64,000 nt of DNA from Octopus vulgaris (GCA_951406725.2 OX597817.1:64232001-64296000); one strand, 5' to 3'. Shown: positions 1 to 13,630, counted from the stretch's first letter. Notes: generated from the letters alone by a model not told the origin. A program made the numbers and translations.

Positions 1-379
1 TCATTGTGTCTCATTCACAAAATTTCCCACTAAACACTTTTTCCAATGTTTCCTCCTCAGAAATGGATTCTGGAATTTTCTGCCAGCTCAAGCTACATTG
101 AGCTCACCCCAGGCTTCTGAGAGGAATTTTATCAGGAAACATAAAATTTCTTGTGGCACTGCTTCTTAAAATGTGAATGTTAATCTTCAATGTATGCAAA
201 TATTTTATGAGATCCCAGTAAATTCCTAGGCACAGGTATAACATAGTCCCTTTACTCTCCTGTTTAACAGGTCCTCACCTTAACTGCCAAAAGTTGCCTT
301 CAAAAATTTTTAGAACTCAAAGTAAATATTTAAAAAGTACAGTGAAAAAAATGCTCGTTGTCATTGGTGTTGTTGTTGC

Positions 380-610
380 TGTTATTGTTTAACCTCAAGT
401 TATCTCTGATGAGCAGTTCTATGATCAAAAGTGTTCATGCTGTGACCATCGTGTCTTAGTTCAAGACTTACTGTATCAAGGATAAATTATGCTTAGACAT
501 AAGTCTCATTCCTTTTTAAAAATAGTAGGGTGACAGCAAGGTGAAATTCTTCTTTTTTTGAGGATTTGACTTCTATTTCTAGCATGTCAAGTAGTTACTT
601 TGAAACACCC
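380..610 (-). mobile_element. Copy of a dispersed ~200-bp (CAA)n-tailed retroposon-like repeat
   Basis: Shares ctatgatcaaa...gtgaccatc...gatttg(g/a)ct(g/t)ctatttctagca blocks with copies at ~3760-3960, 23830-24000, 42590-43765, 62620-62770 and 63245-63425. Confidence 0.6.
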
Positions 611-1294
611 ACATTAGTTTCTGTGCTGGTAGTAGTACAAATAGGAGTGGTGGTAGTGGTGGTAGTGGTGGTGGTGGTTGTGGTGGTGGTGGTGGTAGTG
701 GTGGTAGTAGTAGTAGTAGCAGCAGTTGACACAGTGCCAATATTTTCATGTTTCAACTAGAAACGGTTTTATACTTCGAGGTTGTTGTCACAACTTGCCT
801 TTGCAGTCTCAATAATATTATTTCCATATAAACTGTTTTACATTAACTCTTTTTGTTGGAGATAACTCCTTCCATCTGGCACCATGTGGAAGTAAGGAAC
901 ATAATCAAACTTATTGGTGTTGTTATTGTTGTTGTAATTAGTTGTGGAGAAAGAATTGTAGCAGTTGTTGTGGTTGTGATGATAGTGTTGTTATTGTTGT
1001 TGCTGTGGTTCTGGTAATAGTGATGGTAATAGTTGTGGAGGTGTTGATGAATTATTTATTTTTGTAGTGATGGTGGTGGATGTCTGTTGTGACAATGTTG
1101 TGTAGGGATCCTATCACATTGACAGAGGTGATGGGCACGACATGTTTGTAAGCAATCTGACTGACAAAGAATCAAGGCACTTCAATGGTCAGAATTCTGA
1201 AAAAGGACATCTGATGACGGGAGTGATATCTGTATTAATATGCATGTATCAGTATATAGATATATAAAAGATTTTGATATATGTATCAATATGT

Positions 1295-1505
1295 AAGGCA
1301 GCAAGCTGGCATAATCGTTAGCATGTCGGGCGAAGTGCTTAGCAGCATTTCGTCTGTCTCTATATTCCGAGTTCAAATTCCACCGAGGTCAACTTTGCCT
1401 TTCATCCTTTTAGGGTTGATAAAGTTAGTACCAGCTGAATACTGGGTTCGTTGTAATTGATTAAGCCCTTCTTCAAACCTGTTGGCCTTGTACTAAAAGT
1501 TGAAA
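1295..1505 (+). mobile_element. tRNA-derived SINE family A (Nin/Deu-domain-like)
   Basis: A-box-like tggcataatcgttag, B-box-like gagttcaaattcc, then gcctttcatcctttt(a)gggttgataaa...gtaccag central domain; homologous to 40972-41210. Confidence 0.85.
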
Positions 1506-2590
1506 CCAATTTGAAACCAATACGTACATCAATATGAATGGACAGTTGAATGGCTAAGAAGCTTGCTTTATAACCACAAAGTCTAGCATTTGATCTCATT
1601 GTAAAGCACCATTGGCAAGTATCGCATATCATACCATCGAGTCGACTCAAACCCTTTGAGAGAAATTGGGTAAACGGACATGAGTTTGACTTTGCTCTAC
1701 GCAACGACCTGCTGAGTCTATCTGAAGATAATGCTAAGGGTACAAGTGTCTGTGCAATGCTTAGCTACTTATAATACAGTCATGCATTCATACTCTCTCC
1801 CTATTCAATGACATTTCTACTATTCCTCATGCTTTACCCCTCTCTCACTATTCAATGACTCTTCTCCTATTCTTCATTCTTGTTTTTTTCTTAATCCTAA
1901 CATTCTGAAAAAGATATTTCTCTAAATATTATAACTATTTCGAAAATAATTTCCAAAACAAACATTTTGAAAAAAATCTTTCTCTAGTATTAGGACTGTA
2001 TCAATTTAACCATAACACGAGCTTCATAACGTTCAGAACTGAAATACGTATTGAACTAACTCTCTTATACAATATTACCTCTCATAACTCTCTACCATAA
2101 AAATGTTGGAAACCCAGTGCTTTTTCAAATATTAATAAAATTTGTCGGACCTATTTTCATGCGTCGGCCATCGAAACTTAGTGCATTACAACTGCATGAA
2201 AATAGATTCGACTAATTTTATTATTACCCTAAAAAATACTAAATGGCAAACATCTTTATGGTCAAATACGTTTAGAGCAATTCCAGACCATAAAAATCGC
2301 AATTTAAAATATAGTCTAGCGGCAGTGGTGTAATTTTCCATCAAACTACGAACAGGAGTTTAGATACGTACTAGTTACTACAAATAATTGTTTGTACGAA
2401 AAGTAAGGCCATACGTTCATTAAATTGTCTTTAAATTAAACGGCAGCAGAAGAATTATCGTTGAACCTTTAAAGGGTTGATTGTTGAAAGGTAGGGAATG
2501 GAAACAAGCTATTTGTACTGACCCCGAATGGGAAGACAAAAAGTGTTGTTTATCATGCAGCTTTGCAATAAGTTCCAAGTCGACAAATTA

Positions 2591-3005
2591 TATAATTTTG
2601 ATGAAAATTGTTTATTGCTTCAAAAATATTGTTGAAGTTTAATAAAATTTGATATATGCTCAATGCATGAAGTGTCATTATTGGGCCCAAGGCCCAATGA
2701 AGAGACTTCCATAGGAGCTAGCTTAAAAGCCGCTTGATAGGGCAGCATTTGAACTAGTACATACATATATGCATGCGGACATACATATAAGCACACATAT
2801 AATTTTGATGAAAATTGTTTATTGCTTCAAAAATATTGTTGAAGTTTAATAAAATTTAATATATGCTCAATGCATGAAGTGTCATTATTGGGCCCAAGGC
2901 CCAATGAAGAGACTTCCATAGGAGCTAGCTTAAAAGCCACTTGATAGGGCAGCTTTTAAACTAGTACATACATATATACATGCGGACATACATATAAGCA
3001 CACAT
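2591..3005. repeat. Near-identical ~207-bp tandem duplication
   Basis: tataattttgatgaaaattg...catataagcacacat occurs at 2591 and again at 2798. Confidence 0.95.
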
Positions 3006-4242
3006 CATGCCTACATAGAAACATATAGAAAAAATGCATACATACATACGTACATACATACATACATACATACATACATACATACATACATACATACATA
3101 CATACATACATACATCTTAAGAGAAGACTAGTAGCTAGTAGCAAGCCATTACATACATGCATCGTAATGAACATCACCCATTAAAAGTGAAACTAGTTTG
3201 TAATTATGTATTTCGAAATATTTAATTATATGATTATGTAATATGGACTCTTTAATAATGTATTTTAAAATGATTTGAACGTAAAAATGTACTAACGGAA
3301 TGCACAATCATGAAATGATTTGATTGTAGGAATGTATTTTGGTTGTAATATAATATTTTGGAACGAGCATCTAGGTAGAGGTTCGATCTGCTTGAAATAA
3401 CATCTAAATATCTCTCATATTGGAAAGAGAGGATTGGACGCAGCTGTTTGGACGCTGACGACTTGGCACGGCTGACTGGATATTCAGCTTGTTATATCGA
3501 CAGTACTTTTTGGCGCTGGAGGCAAATACGATGCACACGTGCGCAGAAAGAGAGAGAAAGTAAGAAAGAAGACTGAGAGAGAGATTATAATTTATTAAAA
3601 AGCCCAGATTGGATGATCACAGCTGGACTCCTGGACTCCTGGATCTACTGGATTAGAGCTGAAAAATCATAGAACTAAATAGCAATAACAAAAAGCAACA
3701 ACTGCAAATAACAGCCGTAATTGCATGGCAACAGCAGCATTGACAACGAAATGGGGATACCCCTATCTGGTTATTTGACCCGCAGGAAATAATATTACAG
3801 TGTCTCTGAAATCCACGAGGTACTACCATTTTTGATTTTTTGTTAAAGAAAGAAAAGGGTATCAGATACTGGAAAATATGTTTAAAACGATGGGATGGTC
3901 AAGGTTAGAATGCCTCTGGTCTTAGGTCTGCTCATTTGAAGCTAATATGGGTTTAAACATACATACAAAACACACATACAAAACACATAAACACGCGTAC
4001 ATAAACGTGGTGGCGGCGGCGGCGGTTCTTCTTCTTGCTGGTGCATTGATGTTACTGTACAGTTGTTAATGTTATCACTGTTGTTGTTTAAACCCATATA
4101 TGGATTTGCTTACTATATTGTTTGTATCCGTGCCCTTTATATAGTTTTTTTTCTATTTATTTACTTATTTAATCGTATTTCTTATATTTCATAAGTATGT
4201 GTATGTTTGTCTTTTGCATGTGTGTATATGGCTTTATATATT

Positions 4243-4880
4243 ACTAGCAGTATCGCCCGGCGTTGCTCGGGTTTGTAAGGGAAATAACTATATAAGCATT
4301 TTTAGAGAGTTATAGCCAAAAAATAGCAAAAAATGCATTAAAAATGGAAAAAATATGATGGTAAATTTTTTTTAAAATCGTTGACTCATCGTAGACATTT
4401 TTAGAGAGTTACTTCCCTTATATAATAGCGAAAAAATGCATTAAAATGGAAAAAAAACGATGGTAAATTTTTTTTTAAATCGTAGACTCATGTAGACGCT
4501 TTCTTAGCCATTTCTGTTTTGGTGTCTTCAAGCCATGAAGTCGTTGTTCTAAAAGAACACTGGTCTCCTTGACAACGCATTACGACGTTGATTTCCTTAC
4601 ACTCTCTTCCCCACAGGTGCAGGTGTGAGCGTGGACGCCAACTCCGCCGCCATCGACACACGAAAAATTATGCATTAAAATGGAATAAAAAATGATGTTA
4701 AATTATTTTTAAAATCGTAGACTCATCGTAGACGCGCGCTAATATTCAGACGGGCTCGATATGAATCACGACTATAAGCTACCCGAATTTGGTTAAACTG
4801 CACCGCAAAATGTGGGAGTAGTTAGGAATCTAAATCGAAGGGGACAGACAGTCACACAACTACAGTTTTATATATATAGA
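4243..4880 (-). mobile_element. Non-autonomous Helitron
   Basis: Minus strand starts TCTATATATATAAAACTG and ends with hairpin cccgagcaacgccggg followed by CTAG; three internal repeats (aaaatgcattaaaa...gactcatcgtagac). Confidence 0.8.
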
Positions 4881-4899
4881 TATACATAGCGCAGTAGTG

Positions 4900-5250
4900 G
4901 TGAGATGTGACAGCAAAGAAAAGCATACATTCACTCTCTGCATGCAATTAGACTCGGAAAGTTCGTGAGGAACCCATTGACCCAATTTGCTGACTTTTCC
5001 GATAGCATACAGGTCTCAATGAATGGTTGAATGACCAAATCCAAGCTTCTCTGCTAGTTCCTCAACAGTTACGATGAGATTTTGTTCCACCAGGGTTTTC
5101 AGGATGTCCTTGTCGAGTTCTACAGATCTTTCAGGATGAGGCTCGTCTTCTAGGCTGTAGTTTATGGCTCGGGATTTCTGGAACCACCATTGACACTGCC
5201 TTACGCTTATTGTCCAATCCCCATATACTGCATTAATATTTCTTGTACTT
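4900..5250 (-). mobile_element. Mariner transposase N-terminal fragment (same family as 59319-60591)
   Basis: ORF 5016-5402 contains QCQWWFQKSRAINYSLEDEPHPERSVELD...TVEELAEKLGFGHSTIH (mariner HTH region); nucleotide match to 60000-60330. Confidence 0.9.
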
Positions 5251-5317
5251 TGCACACATTTATATTCTGTTATTCTTTTATATGTTTCAGCCTTGAGGTT
5301 GTGGCCATGCTGGATCA

Positions 5318-5506
5318 TGTGTGTGTGTGTGTGTGTGTCTATCTGTCTGTCTGTCTGTCTGTATATATGTATATGTATGTGTGTGAACAATAATATTTTC
5401 AACAGATGTGTTGTAAATGTATCTGATTGTTCTCAAGCTTCAATACTGTGTGTGTGTGTATGTGTGTGTGTGTATGTATGTATGTATGTATATGTATGTA
5501 TGTATG

Positions 5507-5538
<32 letters not shown>

Positions 5539-5640
5539 TGTATGTGTGTGTGTATGTATGTGTGTGTGTATGTGTGTGTGTATGTATGTATGTATGTATG
5601 TATGTATGTATGTATGTATGTATGTATGTATGAGTGTATG
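5318..5640. repeat. Compound (TG)n/(TATG)n microsatellite
   Basis: Seen directly; it generates several spurious ORFs. Confidence 0.95.
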
Positions 5641-5659
5641 TTTACTTTATTACTAACAC

Positions 5660-6144
5660 AAGCCACTACGGTTATTTAATGTAAAGTGTTCCTCAAATCA
5701 CTCTCTCTCTCGCTATTTACTCTGTTCCAAGAACATTTTCACTCACTCTTAGCTCTTAGTTTCCCATACATTTTACTCATGTATCTATCAGCGTCATAGA
5801 CAGAATACTTTCAGTTTAGTCTTCCTCAAATCACTCTGTCGCTATTTACTTTCATTTTATTCGTTGCACACTGTGTGTATGCGTTTGCGTGTGGTGTAAA
5901 CCAGACTAAGAAAAGCATTTGACACACACACCAGAATGTGAGTTTTCTGTAAATTTTGCTTAATTGGAGTTTAAATTTAAAAAACTGGACCTGGCATGAC
6001 GCGATGCATTGTACTCTTAAAAATGCTAGGTAAATTGTAATTGAAGAAATCCTATATTGTAGATTTCTATAACTCCCAAAGGGAGGCAGATAAAATCTGC
6101 CTTTTATAATAAGAGATAAAATCTGCCTTTTATAATAAGAGATA
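5660..6144 (-). mobile_element. Probable Helitron-like element with a duplicated 26-bp 5' end
   Basis: Minus-strand start TCTCTTATTATAAAAGGCAG; agataaaatctgccttttataataag is tandemly repeated at 6088 and 6114; 3' end unclear. Confidence 0.5.
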
Positions 6145-6407
6145 CTGTTTGTATCTGTATAAGAATTCTACGGTTGGCTGTCGGGTTTGTAATGTTGTGT
6201 TTTTTCTTATATGTCTTGAGTTCGTTGCACTGAAGAGCATAGAATGCATATTCTGCATTGATTGCGAAATCACAGGTGATATGTAACTAAATTCTGTTTC
6301 TAAATGACTTGCTTTGAAGTTTTGCATTCGGTACAATTTGTTTATTTTAGTAGTTTTGACTGCAAAAGTCCCTCCTAGCGTGCGGTACCTATGAATAATA
6401 GTACCCT

Positions 6408-6545
<138 letters not shown>

Positions 6546-6837
6546 TAAATTAGAGATAAAACCACTATTAGGCAAATCAAACAGTGAAAAACATAAGCCA
6601 ATACATAAAATTAATTTTATAATATAAAAGTTAAAAATTAAAAAATATTCAAATAATTTAAACTTATAAATTTTATATATATATATATATACAAATATAT
6701 ATATATATGTATGTATGTATATTTTTATATTTATATATTATTTTATTAATTAATTAATTTATTTATTTATTTATTTATTTATCTATTTATTTATAAATAT
6801 CAAAAGTATTAAAAGTTTAATAAAAGATAAAGAGTAA

Positions 6838-6935
6838 AACACTACGATCGTTTCATGGCTGTACCAATTCGAATAACAATAATTTAAATTCAATTAATAA
6901 TTCGAGTTATGGTTACAGTCAATCTTCAGGTTAAT
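6838..6935 (-). ncRNA. Degenerate type-I hammerhead ribozyme motif (Penelope-type)
   Basis: Minus strand: CTGAAGA, long stem II (tgactgtaacca/tggtacagcca), GAAA, palindromic CGATCG stem III, GTA triplet; stem I is poor. Confidence 0.6.
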
Positions 6936-7449
6936 TGAAATATTTTTTAAATAATCAGAAATATTTAAACAATATTTTAAAGATATAAATAATATAATAA
7001 TTTTACTTATAATAAACTCTATTATCAAACTAGAAACTTAAAACTTAACAATTATGATTATATCAAAATCGATTATAATGTTAAATATTAATTTTAATTT
7101 ATAAGGTAAGAAACCCACCAATAATCTAATATCGGTAATAGTCTATATCTAATTACATAAATATTAAAAAAATATATATATTTGGCGAATGGTGCGGGTG
7201 AGAATGTGTACGCTTCAAGTGTGGGTGGATGAGTGTATAATTTTAGGTGCATGTACGTGGGTGTGAGGGCGTGCATGTATAGGTATGGACATGCGGGGTT
7301 ACGCGAATACTATGAACTTTTTACCCCCTTACTTTTACTCCCTCCCCTCACTTAGCGGTCATTCAAATAGCTCTTTTGTCTTAATAACGGTCAATCGCAC
7401 AGTAATTTCCCTTTGTTTAACGGTCATTTTCATAGCATTTTTTCCGATG

Positions 7450-7519
7450 GCCGGATAACTGAAGAGATGGCGCTGTGGATTTCCACCCCGGCATCCGAAA
7501 CTCGGAGTTTTATCATGGC
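7450..7519 (+). ncRNA. Type-I hammerhead ribozyme motif
   Basis: gataa-CTGAAGA-gatg...catc-c-GAAA-ctc g gag-TT-ttatc; stems I, II and III are all visible, with a one-base register shift in stem II. Confidence 0.7.
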
Positions 7520-7551
7520 TACCGAATAATTGTCACATATTACATTTACAG

Positions 7552-7604
<53 letters not shown>

Positions 7605-7620
7605 TGTATGTATGTATGTA

Positions 7621-8225
7621 TGTAGTGAATATTGCATGCATGAAGTGGATTCGATCCACCACAGCCAAATTTAAATTGACACTGCAACAGAACTTTTCCC
7701 ATGGTGGAACAATGGTTTTTCTCTGACAGCGGTTTCACATTTTTCAGATGCCTTCAGCTAGGTCGAAATAATGTCTTCACTTGACCCTTTCTAACCTCTT
7801 CTACTTCACCAAAAGCTAGAATAGAGATAACAAGATTACCAACTAAATCTATTGTTTTCAATGATATATCTATCCTACTGGATAGATATAAAGAGCAAGA
7901 ACCTCCCAAGCAAAATCAGTTGGTTACTGGTGACAACTCGTGAGTTGAGAGAGAGCTAACCGACCACCAGAATTATGGAAGCAGGCAGACAACACGGCCA
8001 GAGGGAAAAGAAAGACAACGTCCCACACACTTTCTCACTCTCACTAGCTCTAATTCTGTTCTCTTACAACATCATTCTATCGTTATCTGTGAATTACTAC
8101 TACTAAACAATGAAGATGATACAAACTCAAACTTTACTTCGCATGCTTTTGGATTTATCAAAACCTGCTCGTCGAGGCAAGGAATTTGTAACGTAACGGT
8201 AAATAAATATTTCCTTAAAACTGAA
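7621..8225 (+). mobile_element. LTR copy (gypsy-type), 3'-truncated
   Basis: Starts TGTAGTG; homologous over ~500 bp to the reverse complement of 25772-26348. Confidence 0.7.
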
Positions 8226-8301
8226 GAGTAAAGGCTTCGAATGACCCGTCCGTGTTTTTTGTATCGTCTATTTGAATGTTTTGCGTTCTTGTCCCATTTT
8301 G

Positions 8302-8343
<42 letters not shown>

Positions 8344-8711
8344 CTCAGTAACTTCTCATCTCACACACACAATATCCATAATACACATACACACGCACAG
8401 GTGCAAATGTAGACTCCCGTTAAAAAATTACACACAGAGCGAAATTCTTTATCTGCAGACTACTTGGTTGGCAATGTTGAAAAACCGAGCTGTGATTGGT
8501 TAAAGTAAAATATCTTCCCGCAGATCCTTATAACATCTTGATTGCTAAAGCCATAAAGTGGCTTTACACTTGACTGATTACAGGATAATTTGTTTAAGTA
8601 TGTACGTATGTGTATGTGTTTGTATCTGTATGTACGTATTTGTACATATGTTTATATACATATGCATACATACATACATACATACATACATACATACATA
8701 CACACACACAA

Positions 8712-8750
<39 letters not shown>

Positions 8751-8974
8751 AGCATGTACATATATATGTATGTATATTTACATATATAGAGATAGATATG
8801 TGTACACGCACACCCACACATATATAAATAAATACACACACACACACATATATATATATTCATATCTATATACACACATATACATATATAAATATATATG
8901 TATACACATACATATACACACGTACATACCTACCTACCTATCTGCATGCATACATACATGCATACATAATACAT

Positions 8975-9662
8975 TATAGCTGCCCCCTCGTTATCGAGTA
9001 TGGCCATTGCACGAAGCTTAACTGTTACTGGTGCTGTGATCGAATGTGACTTTTTAGCCCAGCTAAAGATCTACAATGTCTTGTACAAAGTTGGCAACTA
9101 AGACATTTACTGGTAATAGCCGGCTGTAGTTGTAACTGGGCTTCATGTACCTTTGCATGTCGTTTAAGTCCTCCTGCCGAATTACACTCTCTTCCACATG
9201 CCCGACAAATATGATTAGTATGGTGTGTTACACCACCACCAGTGGCCAGGTTGTCACTCATCTGTCTCGCTTTATGACTACGAAGATAACTCATGAGTCC
9301 AGCTTTACTGAGGCAGGATCTTGCACAGACATTGCATGTCAGAATCAAAGGAAGACCCTTCCCTTCTGGAAGTGTAACAGCGATGCCCTTCCTGACATCC
9401 CTCCTTACTTTCTCATGTGCAACTCGGGATTTCTCAAACGTGGCTGTCCCCTCATGCACAATCCTTCTCCACCTGCTACGATCAATAGCTATGCCTTCCC
9501 ATGTGTCAGGACAGATGCAAGCATCTCTTAAGGAAGCCTTCAGCAAGTCCTTATACCTCTTTTTTGGTTTATGTGGAGGTCGTTCTCCTTTAGCTAACTC
9601 TCCATAAAAGAGTTGTTTTGGCATCCTTGAATCCTTCATTCTGACCAGATGACCACTCCATC
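8975..9662 (-). mobile_element. RTE-clade LINE 3' fragment (RT C-terminus plus three C2H2 fingers), 5'-truncated
   Basis: WSGHLVRMKDSRMPKQLFYGEL...KRYKDLLKASL...DRSRWR is the RTE C-terminal signature; followed by CNVC..SYLRSH, CRAC..RHAKVH and CQLC..SHIRSQH. Confidence 0.9.
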
Positions 9663-9720
9663 CATCCATCCATCCATCCATCCATACATACATACATACA
9701 TACATACATACATACATACA

Positions 9721-9753
<33 letters not shown>

Positions 9754-11544
9754 GCACACATACACACGTATAGTTAGAATATAAGTTAATAAATACTTCA
9801 CAGTGGTAGCGAGAAATATTTTATCATGCAAAATATATTAGCGTGAATGTTCAATAAAAAGTGCAATAGTAACGTTTTGAGCGATGAATTAAGATAGGTT
9901 GATATGGAAAAATGTTTTAGCTCCAAAGGTGAAGAAGACCTTATAAATTATTAATCGCACTAATCGTGATATTTTTTTTTTGAACACCTTCGCTAATCCG
10001 TATTGTATTTTTGAGTACCATAATAAAGTATTTATCCATTTATGATTCATAATCGCTCAGTTTTGCAGGTTCATTAATGATTGATCTAGTTTGAGCATTT
10101 TAGTAAACGTTTTTGTTCGTACCTGTGCGTTAGATATTTCGTCCCTTTTCTGTATAGAAACGATTTTTCGCGTTGTATATAAACGACCTGGTGCAACTTA
10201 TAAACCTTCTTTAGCTTGTTACTGATGAAGACTTTATTATAAACGCTGGTGTATTAATGGACTAAAACCCAAAATCATTGTTATGCGTTAGTTCAAGTTT
10301 CTATTTCATAGACGCCAACAGCAGTACGGTCGCCCGGAAAATTACTACTTATTCCCTTATATACTACCCCTTCCATGTGCCCTCACAACGAGCATGCTAC
10401 GGATGTGGAGGCATTTCTTTATCGCTGATACATGTGATACTTTACCACTGCACGGGAAGATTTGACGTTTGCTTGTGGTTCCCAGAAATAGAAGTCCTGA
10501 CTTCTACTGGACTTGAATTATAGTGAGAGAATATTGTACTGGATGACCAGCCTCACCCTTTCGTCCTTAACTTACTGGACCATACACTGGACTGTTAAAA
10601 GCCTGGTTTTCAAAAATCTCTATGACAACATATAATCATAGAGAGAATCAAAGAAACGCGAGTTCGATTGAAACTATGATGGGTCTCTGTCAGATCTGAT
10701 GCTCTCACAATAATGAAATGCCCTCTTAGACTTTTTTTTATTAGCAGTCAATACTGAGCAATATATGTATAAAGAGAATGATTAAACACATCATCGCCGA
10801 TATAAATTATGTTGTATGATGAGTTTATGCATATAATTTTCCTGTTAAAAGTTGTTGCTGAGACAGACAAAAAGATTGATCATCCGAAGTTTCTCGTCAT
10901 CCTCCCAGAAATCCATGTTTGCTTAAATAGCTTGGCTAATAACACACACAGATGCACACACGCACGCACGCATATACACACAACTGTGTGTGTGTGTATG
11001 TATGTGTGTATGTATGTATGTATGTATGTATGTATGTATGTATGTATGTATGTATGTATGTATGTATAAAAAGTTGTCCTACGTATGACATTAAACTGCA
11101 TCCGGTCTTGCATTCGGGAGTTCTGCAGTTGTGAGGAGCGTGGTGTCATTCCTGAATTACCATTACTCCTAGTTCCGTTCTCATCCAGCTCGGTACTACC
11201 TGTTAGAGATCTATCTATGGGCTAAATCGATTTCTCAGTGGCAGAGGAAGCACCCGTTACTTTTGACAAATGTGTGGGGAAAGCAGCTGAAGCCTTGTAG
11301 AGTTGACAAAGTAACAGCCTAGTGTTGTCACAACCCTCTCATTCTTCAGCTGTCATAGCCTAGATGTTCCACCAGGACTTTAACTGGATTTTCGAGATGT
11401 GTGTAATCAAATCATCCTTGATTACAAGTGGCAGGCACGATATATATATATGTGTGTGCGCGCGCGCGTGTGTGTGTATGCATGTATATGTGTGTGTATG
11501 TATGTATGTGTGTGTGTATATAAGTAGAGGATAAAATATATATT

Positions 11545-11842
11545 CTTTTATTTGTTTCAGCCATTTGACTGCGGCCATGTCAAGGCACCGCCTTGAATGG
11601 TTTTAGTTGCACAAATCGATGTCGGGACTTATTTTTTAAAGCCTAATACTTATTCTATCGGTCTCTTTTGCCTAATGGCTACGTTACGAGGGCGTAAACA
11701 CACTAATACGGGTTGTCAGGTGGTAGTGGGGCACAAACACACACACAAAGACTTACACACACGACGGACTTCTTTCAGTTTCCGTCTATCAAATTCACTC
11801 ACAAAGCTTTGGTCGGCTCGAGGCTATATATATAGAAGACAC
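11545..11842 (-). mobile_element. SINE family B, head-truncated
   Basis: Reverse-complement match to 52553-52897 (tttcagtttccgtcta, attctatcggtctcttttgcc). Confidence 0.85.
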
Positions 11843-12050
11843 TAACCACACAGCCCAAGATTCCGAGTTCGATTCCAAGCATTGACCTGAACAACAACAA
11901 CAACAACAACAATAATAACATCGAAAAATACCTTAGGAATGAGAACTCAGGTTCGAAGACACCTAATGAAGACACCAGCCGAAACGTTGTGTTAACAACA
12001 AACAAGATGAGGATAAATATCCGTCGAATGTAAATAATGTAAATAATTTA
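11843..12050 (+). mobile_element. SINE family D copy (B box, (CAA)n, decayed hammerhead tail)
   Basis: cccaagattccgagttcgattcc...tgacctg(aac)n...acacCTAATGAagacaccagccGAAACGTTgtgt...tgtaaataatgtaaat; homologous to 21206-21953. Confidence 0.85.
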
Positions 12051-12864
12051 AAGAATTTACTTTTACAAATTTACATATTCGCTTCGCTTGCTTTGGATAC
12101 CCAAGTGTATTTTTGCATTTTTTCGAATTATTTTGATTTTACTATGGATACTGCAGAAACATATATCAAAAACCAATTATTGCTCCATATGTTGGTGTGT
12201 AACAAGCTTCAACTGTTCCCGTTTACTAAATATTAGTCATAAGACATAAGGCAACCTGAAACTACAATAGAAAAGTACTTGCCTATGGTATTACATAACG
12301 GGATCGAACACGGAACCACAAATATTGATATATATATACTTTAAAAAAAAATATATATACATATAATATTCTACAAAAAAAAATATACACAAAAAAAGAT
12401 CTCCGAAAAATGAACCATTCTCCAGTAAATCTACAGAGATTTATTGCCAGTCAAATAAGTTATATTGTAATAATCTCTCAGTAAACACTTGTTTCTGTAA
12501 GTGTTTACACTTGCCTGGTATATTTCCTTGTCATGTTCAAAAGGATCGTAGCGTTAACGAAGTGTTTAAAGCGAGTTCTATTAACTTCATCGTAGCTACG
12601 TTGAAGTTTTTTTCAAATCGAACTCGTCTTCAAAGTAAGAAGTACAAAAATACATTAAATGGAAACATAGTATATGTTCGGTGCACTTTTCAAGCCTGTA
12701 CAGGTTCAATTTTTCTGCAACTCTTTAGTCCCAGAAGAAATAGGCGCTAGTATATTTGTCAATAGCGTGGGTATATTCATCAAATTAAACAGTACCGTAG
12801 ATCTATTACAGCCGATCATATCAATCGGTTTCGCACAGGTATTAGATAATCAGACCATTGTCTA

Positions 12865-13300
12865 ATAACTGTGCAGAGGCAACACCAGATGCTCTCATAA
12901 TGATCACTGCATCACAAAGAAAGGCAGAGGTGATGTCAAAGGACCCTCAGCGGGCAACGAAACGTGCAGAAGTATGTGGGTGCAACAGAAGTTTCTTCCA
13001 GGACCAGATTTAACAACCATAAATCCCCCTTTAATATCCAGAAAAGATACAATGTCACTGCCCTGGCTAAGCATGTATGGTCGTTTAATTACATTAAAAC
13101 ATTCTCTTTAACTGGAAAGTTTTTGCTCTTGGCCACATAAGGAAAATACGTGATTGTTTACTTACAGATGTTACTATGATTATAGACGCTAGGACCTCCA
13201 CTATCAGTCCTTCCATCATTACATCCAGAGAATCTAGCAAAATTTGGCCGCAGTAAACTAATAAATACGCATTCGTACATGCAGTCACACAAAAGGTTAA
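12865..13300 (+). mobile_element. Penelope-like element GIY-YIG endonuclease remnant
   Basis: Translates to QKYVGATEVSSRTRFNNHKSPFNIQKRYNVTALAKHVW, matching the Penelope YIG..F..RF.NH..SF...T.L.KH.W pattern; Cys-rich linker upstream. Confidence 0.75.
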
Positions 13301-13551
13301 AGGTCTGGGTACCCATTAATCTTCATTCCACCCTCTACACACATGCAGACTCCTCCCTTACACACATATCAATTCTACACTAATGATACTGGCAATCACC
13401 ACTCACTCAGAGTGTTTTTTCGGAGGGGGGAGGGAGGTAAGGCACAGAACCCTTAAGTGCCTCTCGCGACTTCGTTTCGCCTTTTTTCACAGCATCCACA
13501 AACCAGATGTGACACTTCAGTAACAGAGCAGTCACCATTTTTTCCATACCA

Positions 13552-13630
13552 ACCAACTCTGACGAGCGCAGTTTTTAGATAATCGTCTGATTACCTAATA
13601 TTCTGTGCGAACCCGTTGGGTAAGATCGGT
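13552..13630 (+). ncRNA. Hammerhead ribozyme motif downstream of the Penelope endonuclease (one core A missing)
   Basis: CTGACGA-gcgcag...ctgtgc-GAA-ccc gtt ggg-TA. Confidence 0.65.

Noticed and set aside
400-450. CTGATGAG in the (CAA)n-tailed repeat as a ribozyme core
   Set aside because: Other copies read ctgatcaagc or ttgatcgaac, and no GAAA or stems follow.
9025-9831. Host C2H2 zinc-finger gene
   Set aside because: The fingers are contiguous with an RTE RT C-terminus, and the ORF start runs through a microsatellite.
10220-10275. CTGATGA...AAAAC possible hammerhead
   Set aside because: No GAAA, and stems I and II pair poorly.
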